From positions 32,779 through 96,778 of the forward strand of contig DATJAO010000060.1 in NCBI GenBank assembly GCA_035516175.1: DNA of 64,000 nucleotides. Reading direction: 5' to 3'. Numbering within the stretch: position 1 is the first letter of the stretch; every line of letters begins with the position of its first letter. Source of the DNA: Nitrospirota bacterium. Lineage in GTDB: Bacteria > Nitrospirota > UBA9217. The translations under genes and the position numbers were made by a program. Positions 30,210 to 40,012 of this stretch are shown piece after piece. The notes beneath the pieces are model-generated. The model was not told the origin of the DNA and ran no database searches. It worked only from the letters and a program-made list of their open reading frames with translations.

Positions 30210-31013
30210 TTAATGGCTCATGGAACAGAACTGCTCGTAATCGATCAGCTCTTTTATCGTGGGATGATCACCGCAGACTGGACACTCACGGTTCCGGGGT
30301 ACCTTCACCGTTCGGAAGTTCATGTCGAGCGCATTCCATAAGAGAAGCCTCCCTTTAAGTGGATGCCCGATGCCCAGAATCGCCTTGATCACCTCGGTAG
30401 CCTGGATGGTACCGATCACGCCGGTTACCACCCCCAGGATGCCAGCTTCCTGGCATGACGGCACCATGCCCGGCGGCGGCGGAACCTCGAAGAGGCAGCG
30501 ATAGCACGGCCCTTCACCCGGGAAAATGGTCATTACCTGGCCTTCGAACCGGAACACCGCCGCGCTCACAAGCGTTTTCTTGAGCATGACGCAAGCATCA
30601 TTCACAAGATATCGTGTGGGAAAGTTGTCGCTCCCGTCCACAACAATATCATAATCGCGAATGATCTGCATGATGTTCTTGGAGGTGAGCCGTTCCTTGT
30701 GCGGGACCACCTTAACATCATGGTTCAAGGTCTCGTACGTCTGCTTTGCCGAATCAGCCTTGTCCACCCCGATGCGGCTGGTGTTGTGCGCGATCTGGCG
30801 CTGGAGATTGGACAGCTCAACGCGGTCATTATCGATCACGCCGATCGTGCCCACGCCTGCTGCAGCAAGATAGTATCCCACCGGCGAACCGAGACCGCCC
30901 GCACCAACGAGCACAACCTTGGCGTTCAGTATCTTTTCCTGACCGTCTCCCCCGACCTCGGGGAGCAGGATGTGCCTGCTGTAACGGAGTATCTGGTCTT
31001 CTGTAAATTCCAT
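30210..31013 (-). CDS. moeB: ThiF/MoeB/HesA-family E1-like adenylyltransferase (no rhodanese domain)
   Basis: RYSRHILLPEVGGDGQEKIL, GAGGLGSPVGYYLAAAGVG Rossmann motif, and CYRC...CPVCG zinc site. 267 aa. Confidence 0.88.
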   Translation of the reverse strand: MEFTEDQILRYSRHILLPEVGGDGQEKILNAKVVLVGAGGLGSPVGYYLAAAGVGTIGVIDNDRVELSNLQRQIAHNTSRIGVDKADSAKQTYETLNHDVKVVPHKERLTSKNIMQIIRDYDIVVDGSDNFPTRYLVNDACVMLKKTLVSAAVFRFEGQVMTIFPGEGPCYRCLFEVPPPPGMVPSCQEAGILGVVTGVIGTIQATEVIKAILGIGHPLKGRLLLWNALDMNFRTVKVPRNRECPVCGDHPTIKELIDYEQFCSMSH

Positions 31014-31082
31014 TGTTAAACCGCCATACGTTGATCGACGTTAATCGTGAGAAAAAAATCTTTTTGATCAGATTCCCACGTC

Positions 31083-31349
31083 TTACGTTTCACGTTTTTT
31101 CTTTTCCCTGTCTTTCCTGACAAAGATATGCCACTCTTTTTCGGTCGTTTGCTCAATCTTCAAAACCCTCTGTCCCTCGTTCTCCATGCTCTTCGGAACA
31201 TTTTCCGACGCAGGTCTGTGATCTGTGATGATCTCAAGCACCTCGCCGAGGTTCATTTTCTCAATTGCCAGCTTCGAGCGGACGAAGGTATAGGGGCAGA
31301 CTTGACCTTTTATATCCAGTGTCTTATCAACCTTGAATTCGTCGGCCAT
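31083..31349 (-). CDS. TusA/SirA-like sulfurtransferase
   Basis: LDIKGQVCPYTFVRSKLAIEKM (CPxP-type active-site Cys). Start taken at ATG 31349, 5 nt after GGAGG. 88 aa with a Lys-rich tail. Confidence 0.7.
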   Translation of the reverse strand: MADEFKVDKTLDIKGQVCPYTFVRSKLAIEKMNLGEVLEIITDHRPASENVPKSMENEGQRVLKIEQTTEKEWHIFVRKDREKKKRET

Positions 31350-31426
31350 CATTACCTCCATTGCGTATTTCGGATTGCTGATTTTCGTTTGCCATTCCGC
31401 ATCCCGTAATCGACAAACCGGGATTC

Positions 31427-32743
31427 TTACCCCTGTCTCCCCTCCTCCACTCTGATCACCATCGTCGGTCCGGCAACGCAATCCATCTTATTTATTTCGT
31501 CGAGGGCACTGCGAACGTCCCGCTCAACCGCTTCGTGCGTCATCATCACGACCGGCACGGCCTCGGCAGCCTTCCGCCCCTTTTGAATCACGGAAGAGAT
31601 ACTGATATTATTCTTGCCGAGAACCCCTGAGATGCGAGACATCACGCCCGGTCTGTCGATCGCCGAGAACCGGAGATAATAGCATGACGTGATATCATCC
31701 ATCTTCCTGATCTTGAGCGTTGAACGCTCCCGGAATGCCGCCACCGGTGACCGGTTGGCGCAGCCGGACAGGATGTCCCTCCCGATGTCCATGATATCGC
31801 TCACCACGGCGCTTCCGGTCGGCATATCTCCCGCTCCCCTCCCGTAAAACATCGTCGATCCGACGGCGTCACCGACAACCGAGAGGGCATTGTAAACACC
31901 ATCCACTGTAGCGATGGGGTACTCCTCAGGAAGCATCGTCGGGTGCACCCGCGCCTCGATCTCGCCGTCCACCATCTTGGTAATTGCCAGGAGCTTAATT
32001 TTATACCCGAGATCCTTGGCGAAATCGATGTCCAGCGGCAAGATCTTGGAGATGCCTTCTGTGTAGATATCCTCGAACTTCACCGGTGTTCCGTATGTGA
32101 GCATCGTAAGGATCGCGAGCTTATGTGCGGAGTCGATCCCCTCGATATCGAACGTAGGGTCCGCTTCGGCGTAGCCCATTGCCTGCGCCTCTTTCAGAAC
32201 TTCCTCAAACTTTCTTCCAGCGTTCGTCATGAGCGTCAGGATATAGTTGCAGGTGCCATTCACGATCCCGTTGATTGACTTGATATTGTTAGCGGCCAAG
32301 CCGTTCCTGATAGCCGCAAGGATAGGAATGCCTCCTGCCACCGACGCCTCGAATCGGAGCGACTTCCCTGATTTTTCCGCGGCGGCATAGATCTCCTCAC
32401 CGTGCACTGCCAGGAGAGCCTTGTTTGCGGTCACTACGTGTTTCTTGTTCCTGATCGCCTCCAGGATGAATTCTTTTGCAGGTTTGTACCCGCCTATGAG
32501 TTCAACCACGATGTCGATCTCCGGATCGGCCAGGACTTCCTGTGCCTTGGTCGTAAGCTGGACACCTTTGAGCGAAATGCCTCTATCACGTTTGATATCC
32601 AGATCGGATATCTTCTTGAGCATTACCTCCGAGCCAAGCCTTCTCCGAATGATTTCAGCATTCTCTATGAGAATACGGGCAGTGCCGGCTCCTACTGTGC
32701 CGAAGCCGATGATACCTACAGTGATCGGTTTTCTTGATGTCAT
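31427..32743 (-). CDS. hom: homoserine dehydrogenase
   Basis: VGIIGFGTVGAG NAD(P) site, catalytic domain and C-terminal ACT domain. Confidence 0.92.
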   Translation of the reverse strand: MTSRKPITVGIIGFGTVGAGTARILIENAEIIRRRLGSEVMLKKISDLDIKRDRGISLKGVQLTTKAQEVLADPEIDIVVELIGGYKPAKEFILEAIRNKKHVVTANKALLAVHGEEIYAAAEKSGKSLRFEASVAGGIPILAAIRNGLAANNIKSINGIVNGTCNYILTLMTNAGRKFEEVLKEAQAMGYAEADPTFDIEGIDSAHKLAILTMLTYGTPVKFEDIYTEGISKILPLDIDFAKDLGYKIKLLAITKMVDGEIEARVHPTMLPEEYPIATVDGVYNALSVVGDAVGSTMFYGRGAGDMPTGSAVVSDIMDIGRDILSGCANRSPVAAFRERSTLKIRKMDDITSCYYLRFSAIDRPGVMSRISGVLGKNNISISSVIQKGRKAAEAVPVVMMTHEAVERDVRSALDEINKMDCVAGPTMVIRVEEGRQG

Positions 32744-32839
32744 ATCTCTCTGCCCTCTTAACGGTCATGGGGCAACGTGCCGGGTCCAAAGGTGGATTCT
32801 ATCGCATTCCCTGGCCCCCCTGCTACTCGACCCTTGGCC

Positions 32840-34015
32840 CTATTTCTGGATCGTTTGTTTGATGCCCTTTACGGCCTGGCGGATACGATGCTCGTTCTCC
32901 ACCAGAGCGAAGCGTACATATCCGTCTCCGTATTCACCGAAGCCGATGCCCGGTGAGACCGCCACCTTGGCCTCTTTGATGAGCTGCTTCGCAAACTCGA
33001 GCGATCCGATCCTCCTGAAGGGCTCAGGAATCTCAGCCCAGACGAACATCGTGGCCTTAGGTCTCTCAATGCTCCAACCCGCCTTATTCAGTCCATCTAC
33101 GAGCGCGTCCCGCCGTGACTGATATGTATCGGTGATTTCTTTTACGCACTCCTGCGGCCCGTTCAGTGCGATGATGGACGCGATCTGGATCGGCTGGAAC
33201 ATGCCGTAGTCGAGGTAGCTCTTGATCTTAATGAGGGCGCCCACCGCGTCTCTGTTCCCCGCACAGAAACCCACGCGCCAGCCGGCCATGTTGTAGCTCT
33301 TGGTCAGGCTGTAAAATTCGACACCCACTTCTTTCGCGCCTTTGGCCTGCAGGAAACTCGGTGCACGGTAGCCGTCGAAGTTCAGGTCCGCATAGGCCAG
33401 ATCATGAACTACCATGACATCATTCTCACGGGCAAAGTCAGCTATCTTCTGAAAGAACGCGACATCCACGACTGCTGTGGTCGGGTTGTTCGGGAAATTG
33501 ATGATCAGCATCTTGGGTCTGGGCCAGGTGTTCTTGAAAGCCTCCTGCATGTCGGCGAAGAAGTCGCTGTCTTTCTTGAGGGGTATTGACCGCACTTCGC
33601 CGCCCGCGATGATCACACTGTATGGGTGGATGGGATAGGCCGGTGTAGTGGTCAGTACCACGTCACCGGGTTCAACCGTGGCCAGGGCGAGATGGGACAG
33701 CCCTTCCTTTGAACCGATGGTCACCACTGCCTCGGTCTCAGGGTCGAGGTCAACATCATAGCGCCGTTTGTACCAATCACAGAGAGCGGTGCGAAGCTTT
33801 GTGATTCCCTTGGACGCGGAATATCGGTGGTTCTTCGGGTTCTTGGCTGCCTCGATCAGCTTGTCAACGATATGCTGCGGCGTACCTTGATCAGGATTGC
33901 CCATGCCGAGATCGATAATGTCCTCTCCTCGCCTGCGCGCCTCGATTTTCATGGCGTTGACGATTGCAAAAACATAGGGCGGTAACCTCTTGATCCTGGC
34001 AAAGCGCTCAGGCAT
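32840..34015 (-). CDS. class I/II PLP aminotransferase (AspC/AlaT type)
   Basis: [17 protein letters not shown]...DLGMGNPD N-terminus and the [17 protein letters not shown]-lysine motif. Confidence 0.88.
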   Translation of the reverse strand: MPERFARIKRLPPYVFAIVNAMKIEARRRGEDIIDLGMGNPDQGTPQHIVDKLIEAAKNPKNHRYSASKGITKLRTALCDWYKRRYDVDLDPETEAVVTIGSKEGLSHLALATVEPGDVVLTTTPAYPIHPYSVIIAGGEVRSIPLKKDSDFFADMQEAFKNTWPRPKMLIINFPNNPTTAVVDVAFFQKIADFARENDVMVVHDLAYADLNFDGYRAPSFLQAKGAKEVGVEFYSLTKSYNMAGWRVGFCAGNRDAVGALIKIKSYLDYGMFQPIQIASIIALNGPQECVKEITDTYQSRRDALVDGLNKAGWSIERPKATMFVWAEIPEPFRRIGSLEFAKQLIKEAKVAVSPGIGFGEYGDGYVRFALVENEHRIRQAVKGIKQTIQK

Positions 34016-34247
34016 TGCTATCTCTTTCTTTTTTCAAAGTTTTCAGCATCTAACCGCTTAAATTTAAAGAATAAAATTGATAATAAAACAGTATCTAAAT
34101 TTTGTCAATAAAAAACACTCTCCGAACAATAAAGTTATGATTTCCCGTTCATCAGACACAGAATTTCCATGCGATAACCACCCTTTTAGCTTACGGGGAA
34201 CCATTTTAAGTTTGATTTTTCAATCTGTTTGTGTTACGTTTTACGGC

Positions 34248-35441
34248 ATGATTACGAGCGACATCATAACGGATTCGCACAAATATATCATGAACACCTA
34301 TAGTCGGCAGCCGATCGTGCTCGTAAAGGGCCGGGGTATGAAGGTTTACGACTCCGACGGCAGAGAGTATCTCGACTTCGTCGCGGGCGTGGCCACAACT
34401 AACCTGGGGCACTGCCATCCCCGTGTTGTCGTTGCGCTCCAGAAGCAGGCGCAGCGCCTCATGCATGTGTCGAACCACTACCACAACGAACCACAGATCA
34501 ATCTCGCGAAGATGCTCGCAAAGCACTCGTTCGCCGACAAATCTTTCTTTTGCAACTCAGGCACCGAAGCAATTGAGGCGGCCATCAAGCTGGCACGGAG
34601 ATACAGCCGTGAGGTCCTGCGCCAAGACCGGTACGAGATCATAACCATGCGCGGTTCGTTCCACGGCCGTACGATGGGGGCTTTGGCTGCCACGGCCCAG
34701 GAGAAATTTCACACATCGTTCGAGCCACTGGTCCCTGGGTTCACGTATGTGCCCTTCAATGATAGCACCGCCGTTGAGCGGGCGATCACCGACCGGACCT
34801 GCGCCGTGCTCGTTGAGCCCGTACAGGGCGAGGGCGGGGTAAACGTCCCGTCCGACGGATATCTAAAAGCACTCCGGGAAATCTGTGACCGGAGTAACAT
34901 ACTCCTTATGCTCGACGAGATACAGACCGGCATGGGCCGCACCGGAAAGCTTTTCGCCTATGAGCACACCGGCATAACGCCGGATGTGGCGGCACTCGCC
35001 AAGGGCCTCGGCGCGGGCATGACTATCGGCGCTCTCCTCGCCACGGACAAGGCTGCCCAGGCATTCACACCGGGATCGCACGGATCTACCTTCGGCGGCA
35101 ACCCGTTAACCTGTGCAGCGGCCATTGCGTCCCTTGAAGCATTGCTTGAAGACAATATCATCATCCAGGCCGTGGAGGAGCTCAGCAGGCATTTCCTGGA
35201 GGGTCTTGATGATCTCAAGAAAAAATATGGTTTCGTAAAGGATGTACGTGGCAAAGGCCTCCTCATCGGCATGGAACTCGATTTCGAGGGCAAGGACATC
35301 GTCACCGCCTGTCTCAGGGAAGGGTACCTGATCAACTGCACTGTAGGAAACGTGCTGCGTTTCATGCCGCCGCTCGTCGTCACCACGGAAGAGATCGACC
35401 GTCTCATCAGCGTTCTCGACGGGATATTCGCAAAACATTGA
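34248..35441 (+). CDS. argD: acetylornithine aminotransferase
   Basis: Class III aminotransferase (FCNSGTEAIEAAIKLAR, DEIQTGMGRTGKLFAYEH). Start moved to ATG 34248 (MITSDII..YIMNTYSRQPIV). Followed by argF. Confidence 0.88.
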   Translation: MITSDIITDSHKYIMNTYSRQPIVLVKGRGMKVYDSDGREYLDFVAGVATTNLGHCHPRVVVALQKQAQRLMHVSNHYHNEPQINLAKMLAKHSFADKSFFCNSGTEAIEAAIKLARRYSREVLRQDRYEIITMRGSFHGRTMGALAATAQEKFHTSFEPLVPGFTYVPFNDSTAVERAITDRTCAVLVEPVQGEGGVNVPSDGYLKALREICDRSNILLMLDEIQTGMGRTGKLFAYEHTGITPDVAALAKGLGAGMTIGALLATDKAAQAFTPGSHGSTFGGNPLTCAAAIASLEALLEDNIIIQAVEELSRHFLEGLDDLKKKYGFVKDVRGKGLLIGMELDFEGKDIVTACLREGYLINCTVGNVLRFMPPLVVTTEEIDRLISVLDGIFAKH

Positions 35442-35627
35442 GATTCATTACAGGGGGTCATTTTTTAAAGGCGGCTTGCACAAGCCGCCTCTTACTTTTA
35501 GAGGATTCATACAACGAGTGACCCTGCGACCACAGATAAACACCGCTGATATCTCGGTTTCCTGTGTTCTTTTTTCCCCGTTTATCTGTCGTTTCATCGT
35601 AAGGCATTCTTTCTGACAGGAGAAGCA

Positions 35628-36548
35628 ATGAAAAAAGATCTACTTACGATTTTCGACCTTACCTCAGGGGATATTAAAGCCATCCTCAAACGTGCTGCAG
35701 CCTTAAAAAAGAAGCAGACGCAGGGCAAAGTCCACCAGTCCCTGAAGGGTAAATCCCTCGGCATGATCTTTGAGAAATCATCCACGCGGACACGGGTGTC
35801 ATTCGAGGTCGGCATGTACCAGCTCGGCGGCCAAGCGCTGTTCCTGTCCTCAAATGACCTCCAGATCGGACGCGGAGAGACCGTCACGGACACAGCGCGC
35901 ACCCTGTCCCGTTTCCTAGACGCGATTATGATCCGCACCTTCGCCCAAGCCACAGTAGAAGAGCTGGCGAACCACGCATCGATACCCGTGATCAACGGTC
36001 TTACCGACCTTCACCACCCCTGCCAGGCCCTCGCCGATCTCTTCACCATACAGGAAAAAAAACGCACCTTGAAAGGGCTCAAGCTCGCGTACGTGGGGGA
36101 TGGGAACAATGTCGCAAATTCGCTTATCCAGGCTTGCGTAAAGACCGGGATCCATTTCTCGATTGCAACCCCCCGGGGATATGAACTAGATATCGCCTTC
36201 GTGAACGAAGCCAGAACCGAAGCCGTCAAGACAGGCACGGTTGTCGAGATTACGGATGACCCCTATCGTGCTGTCAAGAGCGCTGACATCGTATACACCG
36301 ATGTCTGGGCGAGCATGGGTCAGGAAGCGGAACATGCCAAGCGACTCAAGGCGTTCCAGGGGTATCAAATCGATGCGAAACTCATTGGGGCCGCTGCCAA
36401 AGGAGCGCTCGTAATGCACTGCCTGCCAGCGCACCGCGGCGAAGAGATCTCCGCCGAGGTACTCGACGGGCCACAGTCCGTGGTCTTCGACCAGGCAGAG
36501 AACCGTCTCCATACGCAGAAGGCTGTCCTGGAGATGCTCATGCGTTAG
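35628..36548 (+). CDS. argF: ornithine carbamoyltransferase
   Basis: STRTRVSFE, HPCQALADL and HCLPAHRGEE motifs. Confidence 0.92.
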   Translation: MKKDLLTIFDLTSGDIKAILKRAAALKKKQTQGKVHQSLKGKSLGMIFEKSSTRTRVSFEVGMYQLGGQALFLSSNDLQIGRGETVTDTARTLSRFLDAIMIRTFAQATVEELANHASIPVINGLTDLHHPCQALADLFTIQEKKRTLKGLKLAYVGDGNNVANSLIQACVKTGIHFSIATPRGYELDIAFVNEARTEAVKTGTVVEITDDPYRAVKSADIVYTDVWASMGQEAEHAKRLKAFQGYQIDAKLIGAAAKGALVMHCLPAHRGEEISAEVLDGPQSVVFDQAENRLHTQKAVLEMLMR

Positions 36549-36700
36549 TCACCAATACTTTGCCGACAGCAGTCATTGTTTGCAGATCGGGCTCTTTAGC
36601 GTGTTCGGTCATTATTTTAATTATAGCAGAAAGATGAACGATTGTATACTTTTTTAGTTAGGGCGGCAATATTCAGTTTGTTTTGGAACCAGCGCCTTAT

Positions 36701-36722
36701 ATCCCCTCCTGAAGGAGGGGAT
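36701..36722. repeat. perfect 9-bp inverted repeat ATCCCCTCC-TGAA-GGAGGGGAT in an AT-rich spacer
   Basis: Read directly from the sequence. No adjacent T-run on either strand. Confidence 0.5.
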
Positions 36723-36879
36723 GTTACAGCGCAGATGATAAAACTGTAATAGCAGCTAATAAACATTTATAATTTGATGATAATAAATCTAAAATTAGAA
36801 TCTCACGCTGACTTTCCTCCCAAAAAGTGCTATAAGATATTCACGGGAACATACTATAATCACGCAGGGAGGTGGGCAG

Positions 36880-37587
36880 ATGAAACCGTTAATCGGCGTT
36901 ACCATGAACCTGGAGGTACAACCCGCTAGAAGCTTGAACATCATCGACCAGGACTACGGGAAGGCCGTGCTACAAGCGGGCGGGATCCCGTTACCAATTC
37001 TCGGGATGGAGACATCCATTCCCGATCTCGTTAAGCGCTTGGATGGTTTCCTTTTCACCGGCGGTGACGACATTCATCCGCGTTTTTATAAAGAGAAGCC
37101 GTTACCCGATGCGCGCATGTTGATCTCTCCCCATGGGCGCACCACATTCGAAATTGCGCTCTTTAAAGCCGCGGCCAGAGCAGGGAAACCGGTTCTCGCC
37201 ATCTGTTACGGCACTCAGCTCGTTAACATCGCCCTGGGCGGGAAGCTCTACCAGGACATAACCCTCCAGGTATCTGACCCCGTCAAACACAGAGCATCGC
37301 GCGCGGGAGAAAAGGTTTTCCATTTCATCGACATCTTCGAGGGCACCCTGCTCTCGCGCATCATGGGTGCCTCGCGGATCCGCGTGCGGAGCGCTCACCA
37401 CCAGAGCGTGAAGAATCCAGGCAGAGGTCTCCACCTCTCCGCGGTTGCCCACGACGGCGTCATTGAAGCGCTTGAGCCGAGGACAAAAAACTTTCTCATA
37501 GCAGTACAGTGGCACCCGGAAAAAACGCCCAATGACCAATACTCAAAGAAACTCTTCAAGGCGCTCGTCAGCGCATCAAAGAAATAA
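36880..37587 (+). CDS. peptidase C26 / gamma-glutamyl-GABA hydrolase-like class I glutamine amidotransferase
   Basis: GGDDIHP, AICYGTQLVN (nucleophile Cys) and VQWHPE motifs. A TATAAT box at 36855-36860 and a GGGAGG RBS lie upstream. Confidence 0.82.
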   Translation: MKPLIGVTMNLEVQPARSLNIIDQDYGKAVLQAGGIPLPILGMETSIPDLVKRLDGFLFTGGDDIHPRFYKEKPLPDARMLISPHGRTTFEIALFKAAARAGKPVLAICYGTQLVNIALGGKLYQDITLQVSDPVKHRASRAGEKVFHFIDIFEGTLLSRIMGASRIRVRSAHHQSVKNPGRGLHLSAVAHDGVIEALEPRTKNFLIAVQWHPEKTPNDQYSKKLFKALVSASKK

Positions 37588-39190
37588 TCCTTTCCCCACG
37601 GCCAGGGCATACGCTTCTCTTCCTGGCCTCATACTTATTGCTCTGCTTATCTTACCCGTGGGTGGCTGCCACTGGACGGATGAAGGGCGACTGCCCGGCT
37701 ATCTCTATCTGCGGCTCAACAATAATCCCACAACACTCGACCCCGCGCTCATAACCGATGTCCAGGGCGGCGGCATAGCCGCAAAATTGTTCAATGGCCT
37801 TGTTCGCTTCAATGAAAATCTTGACATCATCGCGGACATTGCTCGCTCATGGAGGCTTTCCGAAGACCAGCTCACGTATACGTTTCGCCTCCGGCATGAC
37901 GCTAGGTTCAGCAACGGAAGAAAGGTTACGGCCCGTGATTTCCAATTTTCTTTCGAGCGCGTGCTTACGCCGAAGACAAAGGCCCCCCTCACCTGGGTGC
38001 TCGATAAGATCGAGGGAGCGAACGATTTCATGGCGGGCAGGGCCGCAGCCATATCAGGCATTCATGTGGTGGATGACCATACGCTCGTGCTCAAGCTCGA
38101 AAAACCTTTCGGACCGTTCCTGTCACTCCTTGCGATGACCACTGCGTACGTGGTCCCCCGCGAGGAGGTGGAGCGCCTGGGCCAGGACTTCGGTACGCAC
38201 CCCATCGGGAGCGGCCCCTATGTCCTTGCGGAGTGGAAGCACGGGCAGTATCTCAGTCTCGCGGCAAGAGAAGATTACTTCGAAGGTAAACCGAAGCTCA
38301 ACGGGATTTACTACCGCGTCATCCCGGAAGACCTCACGGCGGTCGTGGAATTCGAGACCGGACACCTCGATGTGCTCCTGATACCTTCCTCGGAGTACCG
38401 GCGTTATACGAACGATCCCGCATGGCGTGATCTGGTGTTCGGCAGGCCGGGTCTGAACACTTATTATCTTGGTTTGAATTGCACCCGACCGCCTTTCAAC
38501 GATGTGCGTGTGCGGCGCGCCGTGAACATGGCAATCGATCGGCAGCACATCCTGAACACGGTCTTCGAAAAAAGGGGCGCACTGGCGACGGGACCGATAC
38601 CGCCGGAACTGTGGAAGGGCAGGACGTTGACCCGTACTGTGACAGGATACAGCTACGACCCTGAGAAGGCAAAAGCATTAATACGGGAGGCTGGTGCTGA
38701 GGGGGCCACGGTCAAAATCTATATCACCCTGGATGCGGAAGTCCTCGATATCGTCGAGGTTATTCAAAACTATCTGACTAAAGTTGGTCTCAAGGTCGAA
38801 ATAATCCAGCTTGACTGGAGCGCCTTAAAACACGCGGTGAATGAGGGAGAGCCCGATGCGTTCTGGCTGTCATGGTGGGCTGACTATCCTGACCCGGAGA
38901 ACTTCCTTTTTCCGCTCTTTCACTCAGCAAGCGTGGGTTCCGGAGGGAACCGCACGCGATGCATGGACCCTGAACTCGACCGACTCATCGAGACCGCCCA
39001 GCGTACCATGAACGAAAAACAGCGATATCAACTTTACCGGCAGGCCGAGGATCGCATCATAAAAAATGCCCCGTGGGTATTCATGTGGCATAGGGCAGAT
39101 TATTTCGTCATCCAGCCGTGGGTTAAAAATTTCAAGATCTATCCTCTCTACTCCATCGACAAGCGCGTGGACATAACCATAAGTCGCTAA
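37532..39190 (+). CDS. ABC-transporter substrate-binding lipoprotein, family 5 (peptide/nickel type), orphan
   Basis: Lipobox LPVGGC after an Arg-rich n-region, then an SBP_bac_5-like sequence throughout. The only in-frame start is ATG 37532, which overlaps the upstream gene by 56 nt. No permease or ATPase genes are adjacent. Confidence 0.85.
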   Translation: MTNTQRNSSRRSSAHQRNNPFPTARAYASLPGLILIALLILPVGGCHWTDEGRLPGYLYLRLNNNPTTLDPALITDVQGGGIAAKLFNGLVRFNENLDIIADIARSWRLSEDQLTYTFRLRHDARFSNGRKVTARDFQFSFERVLTPKTKAPLTWVLDKIEGANDFMAGRAAAISGIHVVDDHTLVLKLEKPFGPFLSLLAMTTAYVVPREEVERLGQDFGTHPIGSGPYVLAEWKHGQYLSLAAREDYFEGKPKLNGIYYRVIPEDLTAVVEFETGHLDVLLIPSSEYRRYTNDPAWRDLVFGRPGLNTYYLGLNCTRPPFNDVRVRRAVNMAIDRQHILNTVFEKRGALATGPIPPELWKGRTLTRTVTGYSYDPEKAKALIREAGAEGATVKIYITLDAEVLDIVEVIQNYLTKVGLKVEIIQLDWSALKHAVNEGEPDAFWLSWWADYPDPENFLFPLFHSASVGSGGNRTRCMDPELDRLIETAQRTMNEKQRYQLYRQAEDRIIKNAPWVFMWHRADYFVIQPWVKNFKIYPLYSIDKRVDITISR

Positions 39191-39316
39191 GGCTTATTAA
39201 AGTCAGGCAAAGGATTGACCGACAGCAGATCGACTAAACTTCAAGTTTATATTGTCGCCTCTATGCTGTGCTCTGCTGTCTGCATTCTGTCTTCTTACAC
39301 TGCCGGCAATCTGCGC

Positions 39317-39727
39317 TTACGCTACACTCGTTCGTTTCTCTTTCCCCCCTTTCCATTCATGTGCCGATTTTTTGACCCTTGCTATCATCTCGGGCGTAAA
39401 CTCCTTGATCCCATGGGCTTCCCTGGCATGGACCGCCGCTCCGTCTGCGAGCAGGTCTTCGGTCATAGCGATGTACCGCCACGTGCATTTCGGGCCCATA
39501 TCGCAGTTATATTCCTTCAATACGAGATCGGCAGCACCCGCAGCATCGGCTGCAGTAGGGAACTTGAAAAGGTTTTTTATCTTTCCCACCATATCGGGAC
39601 TAACCTCCCGCACTCCATGAACATCTCTCAAATGAACGGCCACGACATCGGCGAGCAGTTCTTCCGTTTTAGCTATATGTTTCCAGTTACATTTGTTTCC
39701 CAGGCTTTTGCAGGCAAACTCTCTCAT
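39317..39727 (-). CDS. tandem DUF1059 (small metal-binding) protein
   Basis: Two about 55-aa repeats: MREFACKSLGNKCNWKHIAKTEELLADVVAVHLRDVHGVREVSPDMVGKIKNLF and LKEYNCDMGPKCTWRYIAMTEDLLADGAAVHAREAHGIKEFTPEMIARVKKSA. Start at ATG 39727, preceded by AAGGAGG. Confidence 0.7.
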   Translation of the reverse strand: MREFACKSLGNKCNWKHIAKTEELLADVVAVHLRDVHGVREVSPDMVGKIKNLFKFPTAADAAGAADLVLKEYNCDMGPKCTWRYIAMTEDLLADGAAVHAREAHGIKEFTPEMIARVKKSAHEWKGGKEKRTSVA

Positions 39728-39909
39728 AATCCGCCTCCTTTGATATTTCTCTCCCATGATAATGAGATACCATCTATCTTAATTAGAGTATAGCACAGGC
39801 CAGGAGGCAGTCGCAGGAGGCAGCGCTTGCCGAACAAGGATGTCGCTATGATGAGAATTTCCGGAACTCTTCGGGAAAAACAGTTTGAAATTCCGGCGGG
39901 AATAGAAAC

Positions 39910-39936
39910 GCCGGTTAAAATGATTTTTTAACCGGC
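39910..39936 (-). terminator. perfect 11-bp hairpin downstream of ccsA (possible terminator)
   Basis: GCCGGTTAAAA-TGATT-TTTTAACCGGC. Only a weak T-tract (GTTTCTATT) follows on the minus strand. Confidence 0.4.
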
Positions 39937-40012
39937 AATTGAAATTACAACTAAAGTTGAAGTTCCGCAGTGCGATGATGCAAACCGGCTGAGGCGAGCC
40001 CGGGTAATTTTT

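Noticed and set aside
37532-37587. 56-nt overlap between the amidotransferase gene and the SBP gene, considered as a possible frameshift or fusion.
   Set aside because: Both reading frames are complete, with a proper stop for the first gene and a lipoprotein signal for the second. No alternative in-frame ATG, GTG or TTG exists downstream, so a genuine overlap is the simplest reading.
39215-39793. 192-aa plus-strand ORF.
   Set aside because: It is antisense to the tandem DUF1059 gene, which has a strong RBS and an internal repeat structure.
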